Source: an uncultured virus (IMG/VR IMGVR_UViG_3300044634_002018)
Lineage: Duplodnaviria; Heunggongvirae; Uroviricota; Caudoviricetes
Virus record (IMG/VR): IMGVR_UViG_3300044634_002018
Length of the DNA stretch: 20,000 bases
Reading direction: 5' to 3' (one strand)
This document shows, one piece after another, positions 9,118 to 15,989 of this stretch (its first letter is position 1; every line of letters begins with the position of its first letter). The position numbers and the translations under genes were made by a program. Below the pieces are notes generated by a model. That model saw nothing but the letters and a program-made list of their open reading frames with translations. It was not told the origin of the DNA and ran no database searches.

Positions 9118-9819
9118 ATGAAATACGCAATTCTTATGGGTCTGAACAAAATAGACCCTGAATATTATGGAACTGATGGAGCCCTGAGAGGTTGTATCAA
9201 TGATGTAAACACTTGGATAAATCTGATAAAACCGGATGAATTTCAAGTCCTTTTGAACGAAGAAGCAACTCCTGAAAATTTCCTAGGGTGTTTACACTCG
9301 GTTAAAGTAAAAGCAGTTGAGGGAGACACCATTTACATTATGTATTCAGGTCATGGAACTCAAGTCCCCTCAACCTCGAAATCTGAGAAGGATGAATTGG
9401 ATGAAGCATTTTGCTTTTACAATCGGATTTTCTTGGACAAGAATTTTAACAACAACTTGGCCACTATCAAAAAAGGTATCAAAGTTGTGGGAATTTTTGA
9501 CTGTTGCTTTAGTGGTGGAGTCCATAGAAATGCTTTAGGAATTAGAAAATCCATTAAAGCCACTTTACCTATTCCGGCTCCTATTCCTATTAAATCTAGG
9601 ATTTTGAAGTGTAGTTTTCTTTCCATAAACGCATCTGCTGAGTCACAACCAGCCTTAGACGGTGAGGTAAATGGATTGTTTACGGAGACTATGTTTAAGA
9701 CTTACACAGGGCATCCTTTGCTTAGTTGGACCAAAGCAGCCTCTGAATTGGTCACACAACAAAAAATTAACTTTAAATCCTATGGTACTAAGTTTGATTG
9801 GAGTACCTTTGTACTGTAA
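9118..9819 (+). CDS. Metacaspase / caspase-family cysteine protease (peptidase C14)
   Basis: KYAILMGLN, LRGCINDV, LLNEEAT, YSGHGTQ (catalytic His, about 9346-9357), DEAF, FDCCFSG (catalytic Cys, about 9499-9507) and ASAESQ...NGLFT (p10-like region). Confidence 0.9.
   Translation: MKYAILMGLNKIDPEYYGTDGALRGCINDVNTWINLIKPDEFQVLLNEEATPENFLGCLHSVKVKAVEGDTIYIMYSGHGTQVPSTSKSEKDELDEAFCFYNRIFLDKNFNNNLATIKKGIKVVGIFDCCFSGGVHRNALGIRKSIKATLPIPAPIPIKSRILKCSFLSINASAESQPALDGEVNGLFTETMFKTYTGHPLLSWTKAASELVTQQKINFKSYGTKFDWSTFVL
9804..9813 (+). promoter_or_regulatory. Candidate Bacteroidota-type -7 promoter element (TAnnTTTG) upstream of the 9840 gene
   Basis: TACCTTTGTA about 27 nt before the ATG at 9840. No clear -33 TTG at canonical spacing. 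Confidence 0.4.
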
Positions 9820-9839
9820 TTTTTAAATTTTACACAATT

Positions 9840-10214
9840 ATGGAAAAATTTGGTATTATTCAGACAAGCGAGATGGTAACATTTGCTTGTAGGCTTGTAA
9901 GTGCAGGTACATCTGCCTTGGAAGATGGTAAAGTAAACATGTTTGATGCAGCCTTTGTCCTATCCCCCCTAAAGGTAGCAGGTGCAGCCATTAAAGATGC
10001 AAACCTTATTCCTAGTGAACTAGGTGATCTTTCCGCAGCAGAAGTTGCAGAAGTTTCAGCACTCATCCAGAGTGAACTAGAACTTCGTAATGACCTTGCA
10101 GAAGAACTCACACTTGAGTTTGTTAAATTGGCTGGTCAGTTGGCTGTGACTTTGCGTAAAGTACGTGAGGCACGTTTAAAACCAACAGACCCAGTATTAA
10201 ATCCTGATGCGTAA
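9840..10214 (+). CDS. Hypothetical alpha-helical protein (124 aa), last gene of the late/lysis block
   Basis: ATG at 9840 after an AT-rich leader (the track start at 9798 is a TTG overlapping the caspase). Ala/Leu/Glu-rich amphipathic helices and a basic C-terminal RKVREARLK. Confidence 0.75.
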   Translation: MEKFGIIQTSEMVTFACRLVSAGTSALEDGKVNMFDAAFVLSPLKVAGAAIKDANLIPSELGDLSAAEVAEVSALIQSELELRNDLAEELTLEFVKLAGQLAVTLRKVREARLKPTDPVLNPDA

Positions 10215-10239
10215 GGTTTAGTCGTCAGGAAATTTTTTT
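10202..10239 (+). terminator. Candidate intrinsic terminator 1 overlapping the stop of the 9840 gene
   Basis: TCCTGATG...CGTCAGGA stem (8 bp, one G:U) followed by AATTTTTTT. Confidence 0.45.
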
Positions 10240-10245
10240 AATCCT

Positions 10246-10285
10246 AGAAAGGGAGTGCCTGTATAAGACACCCCCTTTCTTTTTT
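10246..10285. terminator. Intrinsic terminator 2 between convergent gene blocks, possibly bidirectional
   Basis: AGAAAGGGAGTGCCT-GTATA-AGACACCCCCTTTCT followed by a T-run. The 15-bp stem has two mismatches on + that become G:U pairs on -. Confidence 0.75.
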
Positions 10286-10709
10286 AACCTTCTACCATTG
10301 GGATTATTTCCGCTTCTGGTACAACCTCTGGTACAACCTCTGGTGCTGGCATTTCACTCAAATACTTAAATTCACTAGGATCAATCCCAAAAACAGGCAT
10401 TAACCTTTTAATGTCTGCTTCATCACGAATCAAAATAAAAAAATGGGTTTGAGTGGATTTGTTGACAAATTTAATCTCAGCCTCACCTTTACGGTTCATT
10501 TTGATTCTTCCCTCAGAATCCACTGTACCGTTAACAGGATAAGATTTAAAACCTTGCTCTGTTGGTAAATCTGTAAGAATTTGGAGAAATTTCACAAACC
10601 CTTCATCATTTTTAACAGGGGTTACTTGTGCCACATTTTCTAAATTGAGAGCACAAATAGTTTCTTGTCCATTATTTTCTTGGACAAATTTGTAATTGAT
10701 AAACTTCAT
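10284..10709 (-). CDS. Hypothetical phage protein with a Pro/Glu/Val-rich tail
   Basis: 141-aa ORF with an ATGA overlap with the upstream gene. Confidence 0.75.
   Translation of the reverse strand: MKFINYKFVQENNGQETICALNLENVAQVTPVKNDEGFVKFLQILTDLPTEQGFKSYPVNGTVDSEGRIKMNRKGEAEIKFVNKSTQTHFFILIRDEADIKRLMPVFGIDPSEFKYLSEMPAPEVVPEVVPEAEIIPMVEG
10315..10344. repeat. 12-bp tandem repeat (TCTGGTACAACC x2.5) encoding PEVV-PEVV-PE
   Basis: Direct inspection. Confidence 0.85.
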
Positions 10710-10960
10710 ATAAATGTAATTAAATTAAGTTCTAATAAAAATTTGTAAACTTCTTGGTTTACTTTTCTTCCTTGCATTCCTGTTTCAGTTTTTTTCTTCA
10801 AGTAGTAATACTCTTCTCCTTTTAGAATAACTTCTGGTAATTGATTAAACCTAGGTTCATACACAGAATCAAATGGCGTGTCTAACAAAAAGGAAAACCC
10901 ATCACAAGGATACTGCTTTCTAGCCTTGGTTATTACTGTAAGACTTTTAACTATTTGCAT
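10706..10960 (-). CDS. Hypothetical phage protein
   Basis: 84-aa ORF containing KARKQYPCD, fits the tight gene packing. Confidence 0.7.
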   Translation of the reverse strand: MQIVKSLTVITKARKQYPCDGFSFLLDTPFDSVYEPRFNQLPEVILKGEEYYYLKKKTETGMQGRKVNQEVYKFLLELNLITFI

Positions 10961-10974
10961 CTTTTAGTATTGAT

Positions 10975-11319
10975 TTATATTTTATCATCCAATAATCTGT
11001 TTAATCTACTGATAAATTCTTTTTCCAAAACTGTGAGATTTATTAGTCTCTTTTTCCAATCTCCGTTACAAAGGTATGCAAAAATTATGGTTCCTTTGTG
11101 ACCTTCGTATTTGTATGCAGGAAAAATAAAATCCAACCAAACCTTTTTGTATTTTCTAACTCGGTATTTTCTCCAAGTAAAAGATTCAATAGGGTCAATG
11201 CCAGTTTCTGCTTTTGCTGCCAAATACATAGTAAGCAAGTCTGGTTTGGACATTAGCACAAAAATGTTAAAAATCTGTTCCATGTCTGCGTAGTCTTTAA
11301 ATTTTAAGTTTTTTTCCAT
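10975..11319 (-). CDS. Hypothetical phage protein
   Basis: 114-aa ORF, fits the tight gene packing. Confidence 0.7.
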   Translation of the reverse strand: MEKNLKFKDYADMEQIFNIFVLMSKPDLLTMYLAAKAETGIDPIESFTWRKYRVRKYKKVWLDFIFPAYKYEGHKGTIIFAYLCNGDWKKRLINLTVLEKEFISRLNRLLDDKI

Positions 11320-11720
11320 ATATTTTTATATGTTACAAATATTCCCAAAAGGTAAACATCTGCTAGGTTGAAAATGACCCACTTTGTCCCGAAGAGTTGA
11401 ATAGGTATCATGTCTGTTACACTTCCGTAAATTGCTCGTTCAGTTAAGTTAGACAAAGCCCCTATAATCCATAGCCAATGCCAGAACAAATGCTCTTTGT
11501 CTACTTTGACAATAATACAAAACACTGCTGCCAGTACTATTGCTATAAAGTAGTGAAGAGTTATTGGGAGAGCATGTTGACAAGGATAAAGAAAACCTAC
11601 CCATTCTTCTGGTTGTTTTCTTGCCCACATTTTTAAGAGAAAATCTGCATTTGCCAAAGCAAACAGTAAAAAAAATCCCTTCTTACCTATTGTTAACGTA
11701 GATATGAGCCGTTGTATCAT
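11304..11720 (-). CDS. lspA: Divergent lipoprotein signal peptidase II (peptidase A8) homolog
   Basis: ADFLLKMWA resembles DQxxK of TM1. IGALSNLTER resembles GAxGNxxDR. GSVTDMI resembles GxVVDFI with the catalytic Asp. WVIFNLADV resembles FNxAD with the second catalytic Asp. Four hydrophobic segments. Confidence 0.8.
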   Translation of the reverse strand: MIQRLISTLTIGKKGFFLLFALANADFLLKMWARKQPEEWVGFLYPCQHALPITLHYFIAIVLAAVFCIIVKVDKEHLFWHWLWIIGALSNLTERAIYGSVTDMIPIQLFGTKWVIFNLADVYLLGIFVTYKNIWKKT

Positions 11721-11895
11721 CGAATTTTAAGTTTAAAGGTTCTGGATTTTCTGGAATTTCTATATCTCTCTCTGGGTCCCATACTGCTATTTTCTTTTGT
11801 ACATTTCTCATAGCCACCCATTCTTCGTCAGTAATATGATCTGGCTTTTCAAGAACTAAGTGTGGGTGTTGTCTGTGATGGTGTCTTTCAAACAT
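11683..11895 (-). CDS. Hypothetical small protein with a His-rich N-terminus
   Basis: 70-aa ORF filling the space between neighbours, starting MFERHHHRQHPH. Confidence 0.55.
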   Translation of the reverse strand: MFERHHHRQHPHLVLEKPDHITDEEWVAMRNVQKKIAVWDPERDIEIPENPEPLNLKFDDTTAHIYVNNR

Positions 11896-12326
11896 GTTAT
11901 TAAATTTAGTGAGTAAAGTAATCCTGATTCTAATGCTTGTTGATGTGTTGGAAACATTCCATATTCTTCGGGGGAATCAAGCCAATTTACTTTCTTTGCT
12001 CTTGCTTCAATTCGTTTCATAAGCAGTAGGTTGTGCCCTCTAAAATCATTATGTTTGCTTGAAATCCACATTTCATACCAATCTTTTTCTAATTGAGGAT
12101 GACTATGAAAATTTACAGTTATGTGAATATTGTGTACTTCACGTAACCATTTTTGAAGTAAGAACTGACTAGGAGCGTAAGCAACTCTCTCATAACTCAT
12201 TGAACCTCTCATACCTTTAGTTGGGTTTAAAGTTCCAGTTTGGTCATACCAATGTTTAGTCTTCCAGTCAAAACCTTTTTCAGCAGCAAGTTTTGCTACT
12301 TCAAACCCTGTAATATCTTCTTTCAT
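11856..12326 (-). CDS. Hypothetical phage protein (FExAKLAxEKG family, paralog 1)
   Basis: FEVAKLAAEKGF...PSQFLLQKWLREVHNIHI...ALESGLLYSLNLI. Confidence 0.8.
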   Translation of the reverse strand: MKEDITGFEVAKLAAEKGFDWKTKHWYDQTGTLNPTKGMRGSMSYERVAYAPSQFLLQKWLREVHNIHITVNFHSHPQLEKDWYEMWISSKHNDFRGHNLLLMKRIEARAKKVNWLDSPEEYGMFPTHQQALESGLLYSLNLITCLKDTITDNTHT

Positions 12327-12652
12327 ATTAATTCTAATGATTTAAATAGTGCTTTTTCTAATGCTATTTCGTAAGAAGCACAACCATGATTATCCGTGTA
12401 AGTAATGCGTTTTGCATTTAAGTACTTATTTTTTTCATTGCCTTGGAAATAAAGTATTTCATAATGATAATCAAAATCTTCATCAAATTCTCCCGTGTAC
12501 AATATTGCTATGTGAATGTCATGTTCACATCTTAACCACCTTTGTAGAACACTCTGAATTGGGACACTGACTAGAGTGCCCCCTATATACTCAAACTTAT
12601 AACCTTTTTCTTCTGCTAGTTTTGCAGTTTCAAATTTAATAGTTTCTTCCAT
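12323..12652 (-). CDS. Hypothetical phage protein (FExAKLAxEKG family, paralog 2)
   Basis: FETAKLAEEKGY...PIQSVLQRWLRCEHDIHI...ALEKALFKSLELI, with an ATGA overlap. Confidence 0.8.
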   Translation of the reverse strand: MEETIKFETAKLAEEKGYKFEYIGGTLVSVPIQSVLQRWLRCEHDIHIAILYTGEFDEDFDYHYEILYFQGNEKNKYLNAKRITYTDNHGCASYEIALEKALFKSLELI

Positions 12653-12861
12653 TATTGTATAGTTATAGTATTTGAATCTTTACTGATTTTAATTTCAGTA
12701 CACCAACCTCTCAAAACAAGTTTTGGTTGAGCAATATTGTATTTAGTATGACAAGCAACTAAACAGTTTACTATTTTACAAGGGTAACATTTTCCTCTAA
12801 AATGCACTGTCATACTTTCTGTTTGCTTTCGATAATGAAAGAAAAACCTGTATTGTTTCAT
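12652..12861 (-). CDS. Hypothetical small basic protein
   Basis: 69-aa ORF with a TAATG overlap with the next gene. Confidence 0.7.
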   Translation of the reverse strand: MKQYRFFFHYRKQTESMTVHFRGKCYPCKIVNCLVACHTKYNIAQPKLVLRGWCTEIKISKDSNTITIQ

Positions 12862-13324
12862 CAGTGGGTTTTATAAAATTCCAAAAATCCCAACCAAATG
12901 GTTCTATGGGTTGCCTTTTAACCATGCAAACATGTAAACGTGTAATCTCTTCTTCCGCTATTTCATTGGAATAAATCCGTAAAGTTTTTCCATCGTTTGT
13001 TACCCCATTTCTAGTTAAAGTAATCCCAGTCCCAAACTGCCCATTAGTAATAATTCCAGAACTATAACCAATACTAAGTCCTCTGTCTTTGAATATTTCA
13101 CATTTTACTGGTAGCCAAGTAGTGTCTTTGTTTACACAAAAATAAGAAGTCAATACTCCTTCTTTATTGTAAACCGGGTAGCATTCTTTGGTTACTTTTC
13201 CATATTGGGTTACTGTATCTGGAACCAGTTCGTTGCAATAAGCCTCGTACTTAATGATGTAGTCTTTAATAGACTGTGTATTTGCTGTAAAAGCAAATAA
13301 TAAAAATAATGCTGTTAATCTCAT
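12797..13324 (-). CDS. Hypothetical exported protein with a signal peptide
   Basis: ATG at 13324 forms an ATGA overlap with the upstream stop and is preferred over the track start at 13465. N-terminus MRLTALFLLFAFTANT-QS. Several Cys that could form disulfides. Confidence 0.7.
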   Translation of the reverse strand: MRLTALFLLFAFTANTQSIKDYIIKYEAYCNELVPDTVTQYGKVTKECYPVYNKEGVLTSYFCVNKDTTWLPVKCEIFKDRGLSIGYSSGIITNGQFGTGITLTRNGVTNDGKTLRIYSNEIAEEEITRLHVCMVKRQPIEPFGWDFWNFIKPTDETIQVFLSLSKANRKYDSAF

Positions 13325-14322
13325 TTTCCTGTGTAGTTTAAATATTTTAAATATGAATTTCTGAACCCAAATAATTTGTTTTCTTGCGAGCCAAGCATCC
13401 AATCTCTGATTGTCCATTTTGCAGTTATGTACTCTTTTTCTGAAAGACCTTTTGATTCCACACACAGCCCATCTCCAAAATGATCTTCTAATTCTGTAAA
13501 TTCCCCCAACCAGTCTTTAAGTTCTGCAATTGTGTAATAGTCTCCTTCTTCTTTTACCCTTCTCTCTCCATCACTTTCTAAGCATTGTAAAAAGATTTTA
13601 TCAGGTATTACAAGGTCAGCCCCACAGTCTATTAGTTTGTTAATAGCAGCATAACCGTTTTTTGCAAATCCGTATTTTTTACAGTACTTTACATATTCAG
13701 TTATATTATCTGCCACTATTTTAACCTTGGATATTTTTTTAGAATTTTCATAATGTTCTAAAGCCAAATCCATGTTTTTAGAAAACCCTTGTCTCCTGTA
13801 ATAATCTTCAAATCCTTCTTCTTCCGTCATAGCGTACTGCTCTTTGTACCATTTTACCTGTTTAGCACAATTCCAAACTAATCCTTCAAGATTTTCTCCC
13901 ACTCCTACATTTCTTGTTATAAAGGAATCCAAGCCTACTCGAATGTAATCTACACCTGTTTTTGCCAATTCTAAAAAGGCTTCTTGGCTTCCTACATTAC
14001 CTGCCATTAAAATCATGTTATTTCCATGAATTTCTTTCATTTCTAATATAGTGGAGTGTAAAATCCTTGAAGCACCATTTTTCCAGTCTATGCAAATTTT
14101 AATAGATTGGTCTAAAGGTTCGGAATAATTTTCTATTAATTCTAATGGAGTTCTTAAAAGAAAATGATCTCTGTTGTCATACAACCCATCATTAGGTAAT
14201 ATGATGTTAATTCCCAACTGCTCAAACAGTGGGATATTTTTTTGGTTCAAAACTAAAGGTGTGGCTAGTAAAGGACAAGTAAAAGCCACTGTGTCTTCTT
14301 CATTAATTTTTGCGTGTTTCAT
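13321..14322 (-). CDS. IMP dehydrogenase / GMP reductase-fold protein with a degenerate active site
   Basis: ICIDWKNG resembles xxIDxAHG. LMAGNVGSQEAFLELAKTGVDYIRVG resembles IAGNVATxEGAxxLxxAGADxVKVG. ITRNVGVG resembles TTRxVxGVG. IVAD...INKLIDCGADLV resembles IIADGG...IxKALAxGADxV. The catalytic GxGPGSIC loop is replaced by GLDSFI. Confidence 0.75.
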   Translation of the reverse strand: MKHAKINEEDTVAFTCPLLATPLVLNQKNIPLFEQLGINIILPNDGLYDNRDHFLLRTPLELIENYSEPLDQSIKICIDWKNGASRILHSTILEMKEIHGNNMILMAGNVGSQEAFLELAKTGVDYIRVGLDSFITRNVGVGENLEGLVWNCAKQVKWYKEQYAMTEEEGFEDYYRRQGFSKNMDLALEHYENSKKISKVKIVADNITEYVKYCKKYGFAKNGYAAINKLIDCGADLVIPDKIFLQCLESDGERRVKEEGDYYTIAELKDWLGEFTELEDHFGDGLCVESKGLSEKEYITAKWTIRDWMLGSQENKLFGFRNSYLKYLNYTGK

Positions 14323-14510
14323 TCTTTAAATTGTTGTAAGGTTGCAAGTGATTCGAGAAGCCCGTAACCATTGATTATACTTTGTTTTGCTTTTTCTAAA
14401 GCCATTTCTATCAATTGGTTTTTAAAATAATTACTTTCATAACTGTAATACAATGCTTGTAATTTAGCAACTCGAATGATTTCGTCTAGTAATTCTTCAA
14501 TAAGACTCAT
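14319..14510 (-). CDS. Hypothetical small protein
   Basis: 63 aa with ATGA overlaps on both sides. Confidence 0.7.
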   Translation of the reverse strand: MSLIEELLDEIIRVAKLQALYYSYESNYFKNQLIEMALEKAKQSIINGYGLLESLATLQQFKE

Positions 14511-14719
14511 AAACTTTTCGCTAAAATAGTTGCCATTAAAAGCATTATAAAAATTACATCTGTTATGAACAATATTCCCATAAGGTTTCTAATGCAGAGT
14601 ATCGAGTCATAGGGCTGTTGGCTCTTCTGCAAAGACCCTTTTACTACAAAGTAAACGCAGAAACTTTGTATAAGAACAGTTGCACCTATCAGTGCTAATA
14701 TTATTTGTGTTAAATTCAT
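14507..14719 (-). CDS. Small 2-TM membrane protein
   Basis: ATG at 14719, just after the upstream stop. IILALIGATVLIQSFCVYFVV and LMGILFITDVIFIMLLMATILA. Confidence 0.7.
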   Translation of the reverse strand: MNLTQIILALIGATVLIQSFCVYFVVKGSLQKSQQPYDSILCIRNLMGILFITDVIFIMLLMATILAKSL

Positions 14720-14720
14720 A

Positions 14721-14939
14721 TTAGTAATTAAACCCTGTTTTAGCATCACGCCTTTCTTGAGCACGAATTTTAGACAGGTCTTGTTTAGAATAAATTAACA
14801 CGGGACAAACATGTATTTCTCCCGTGATGAATGTTTCATTACAATTTGGGCAAGTAGTATGATACTGACCATGATAATGATTCTGGAGTATTTCTGGGCC
14901 TGCTCTACGAATAGAATCTTCAAGTTCTTTTTGACTCAT
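14721..14939 (-). CDS. Small putative zinc-binding protein
   Basis: CPNC...HVC motif and an ATGA overlap. Confidence 0.65.
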   Translation of the reverse strand: MSQKELEDSIRRAGPEILQNHYHGQYHTTCPNCNETFITGEIHVCPVLIYSKQDLSKIRAQERRDAKTGFNY

Positions 14940-15268
14940 TGCTCAAAACAGTTAGTTATTTCAGAAAAATCTACATCAAAATTTGTTTTGTACAAATCCA
15001 ATGCTTTTTCTATTTGTTCTGTGGAAGGTATTTCTCTATCAGACAATGCAGCATTAAATTTTACATGAGTAATAAAATCATTTTCTGTTATTAAAACTCC
15101 TTGTTCAATTTTTGTAATAGAAGTAGTCCACCTTGTCATGCTGGTTCTTACGTAATCAACAATAGTTTCAGAATGAATCCTACAAATCATGCCATAAATT
15201 CCTAGTTTACCGTCATTAAATTGTACAAAATCTCCTACTTTAATCTTTAATTGTGGTTCTGTAATCAT
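14936..15268 (-). CDS. Hypothetical phage protein, possibly SH3/KOW-like N-terminus
   Basis: IKVGDFVQF...G motif, 110 aa. Confidence 0.65.
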   Translation of the reverse strand: MITEPQLKIKVGDFVQFNDGKLGIYGMICRIHSETIVDYVRTSMTRWTTSITKIEQGVLITENDFITHVKFNAALSDREIPSTEQIEKALDLYKTNFDVDFSEITNCFEQ

Positions 15269-15647
15269 TATCTAATTGCTCAAATTTTGCTTTTAACCTG
15301 TTGTACTCTTTAAGTTCGTTTTGTTTGCAGTTTTCTACATACGCATCAATCCTAGTCTTAGCATCCAAGATAAGTTGTTCACCATCTAGGATTCCTGCAT
15401 CTATTAAAAATTGTTGAAACCCTGTAAAATAGGTTGAACCATCTGCTTTAATACCTAGTCTTTCTATAAACCCTTCATACTTGAGTTTGCAGTCATCATT
15501 GCTAATGCTTCCCCAATCATCATATTCTTTGAAACACGAAAAGGAGTCATCTGTGTAAATGATAACAAATTCACAATGGCCTACATGAACCTTTTTAATA
15601 GTTTTACCTATTGAGTCTTTTAATTCTACTTGATTTAATTCTTGCAT
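15240..15647 (-). CDS. Hypothetical phage protein
   Basis: Start likely MQELNQ at 15647, just after the upstream stop. Contains SIGKTIKKV and a C-terminal coiled segment YNRLKAKFE. Confidence 0.7.
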   Translation of the reverse strand: MQELNQVELKDSIGKTIKKVHVGHCEFVIIYTDDSFSCFKEYDDWGSISNDDCKLKYEGFIERLGIKADGSTYFTGFQQFLIDAGILDGEQLILDAKTRIDAYVENCKQNELKEYNRLKAKFEQLDNDYRTTIKD

Positions 15648-15648
15648 A

Positions 15649-15975
15649 TTATTTTTGTTCGTAATATTCTTCATGGTGTTCTATCATTTCATACACATCG
15701 TCAAAATGATCTTCTGTATTGATTTTTATTTCAGATTTTTTATTAGGATTATTTATGAGATGCTGCATAGCATAAAATCCAGCACAAGTAAAAGATTTTA
15801 CTCCTTTTACTATCTCTGCACTTTCCTCATCATTTTCCTCAAGTACTCCTGTTTTATGACATACAAAGTCATTATAAGGATTTGAAGCAGAATAAGCAAA
15901 TTCTGCTGCTCTTTCAGGGTGCAAAAATAAAGTATTTAATCGGCTGTAAGGGCATAGCCCACAGCATTTTTTCAT
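15649..15975 (-). CDS. Cys-rich putative metal-binding phage protein
   Basis: CCGLCPY...FVCHKT...CAGF motif pattern. Confidence 0.75.
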   Translation of the reverse strand: MKKCCGLCPYSRLNTLFLHPERAAEFAYSASNPYNDFVCHKTGVLEENDEESAEIVKGVKSFTCAGFYAMQHLINNPNKKSEIKINTEDHFDDVYEMIEHHEEYYEQK

Positions 15976-15989
15976 TATACTTATCCTGT

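Noticed and set aside
9840..9900. Possible lipobox (VTFAC) making the 124-aa protein an o-spanin or LspA substrate
   Set aside because: No proper hydrophobic h-region (contains Q, T, S, E) and a non-canonical lipobox.
7874..10111. - strand and alternative-frame ORFs over the lysis genes (7874-8263, 8902-9246, 9317-9538, 9417-9626, 9860-10111)
   Set aside because: They overlap well-supported + strand genes and carry no recognisable motifs.
9840..10214. Gasdermin next to the caspase
   Set aside because: About half the size of bacterial gasdermins, apparently all-helical and without the beta-strand core.
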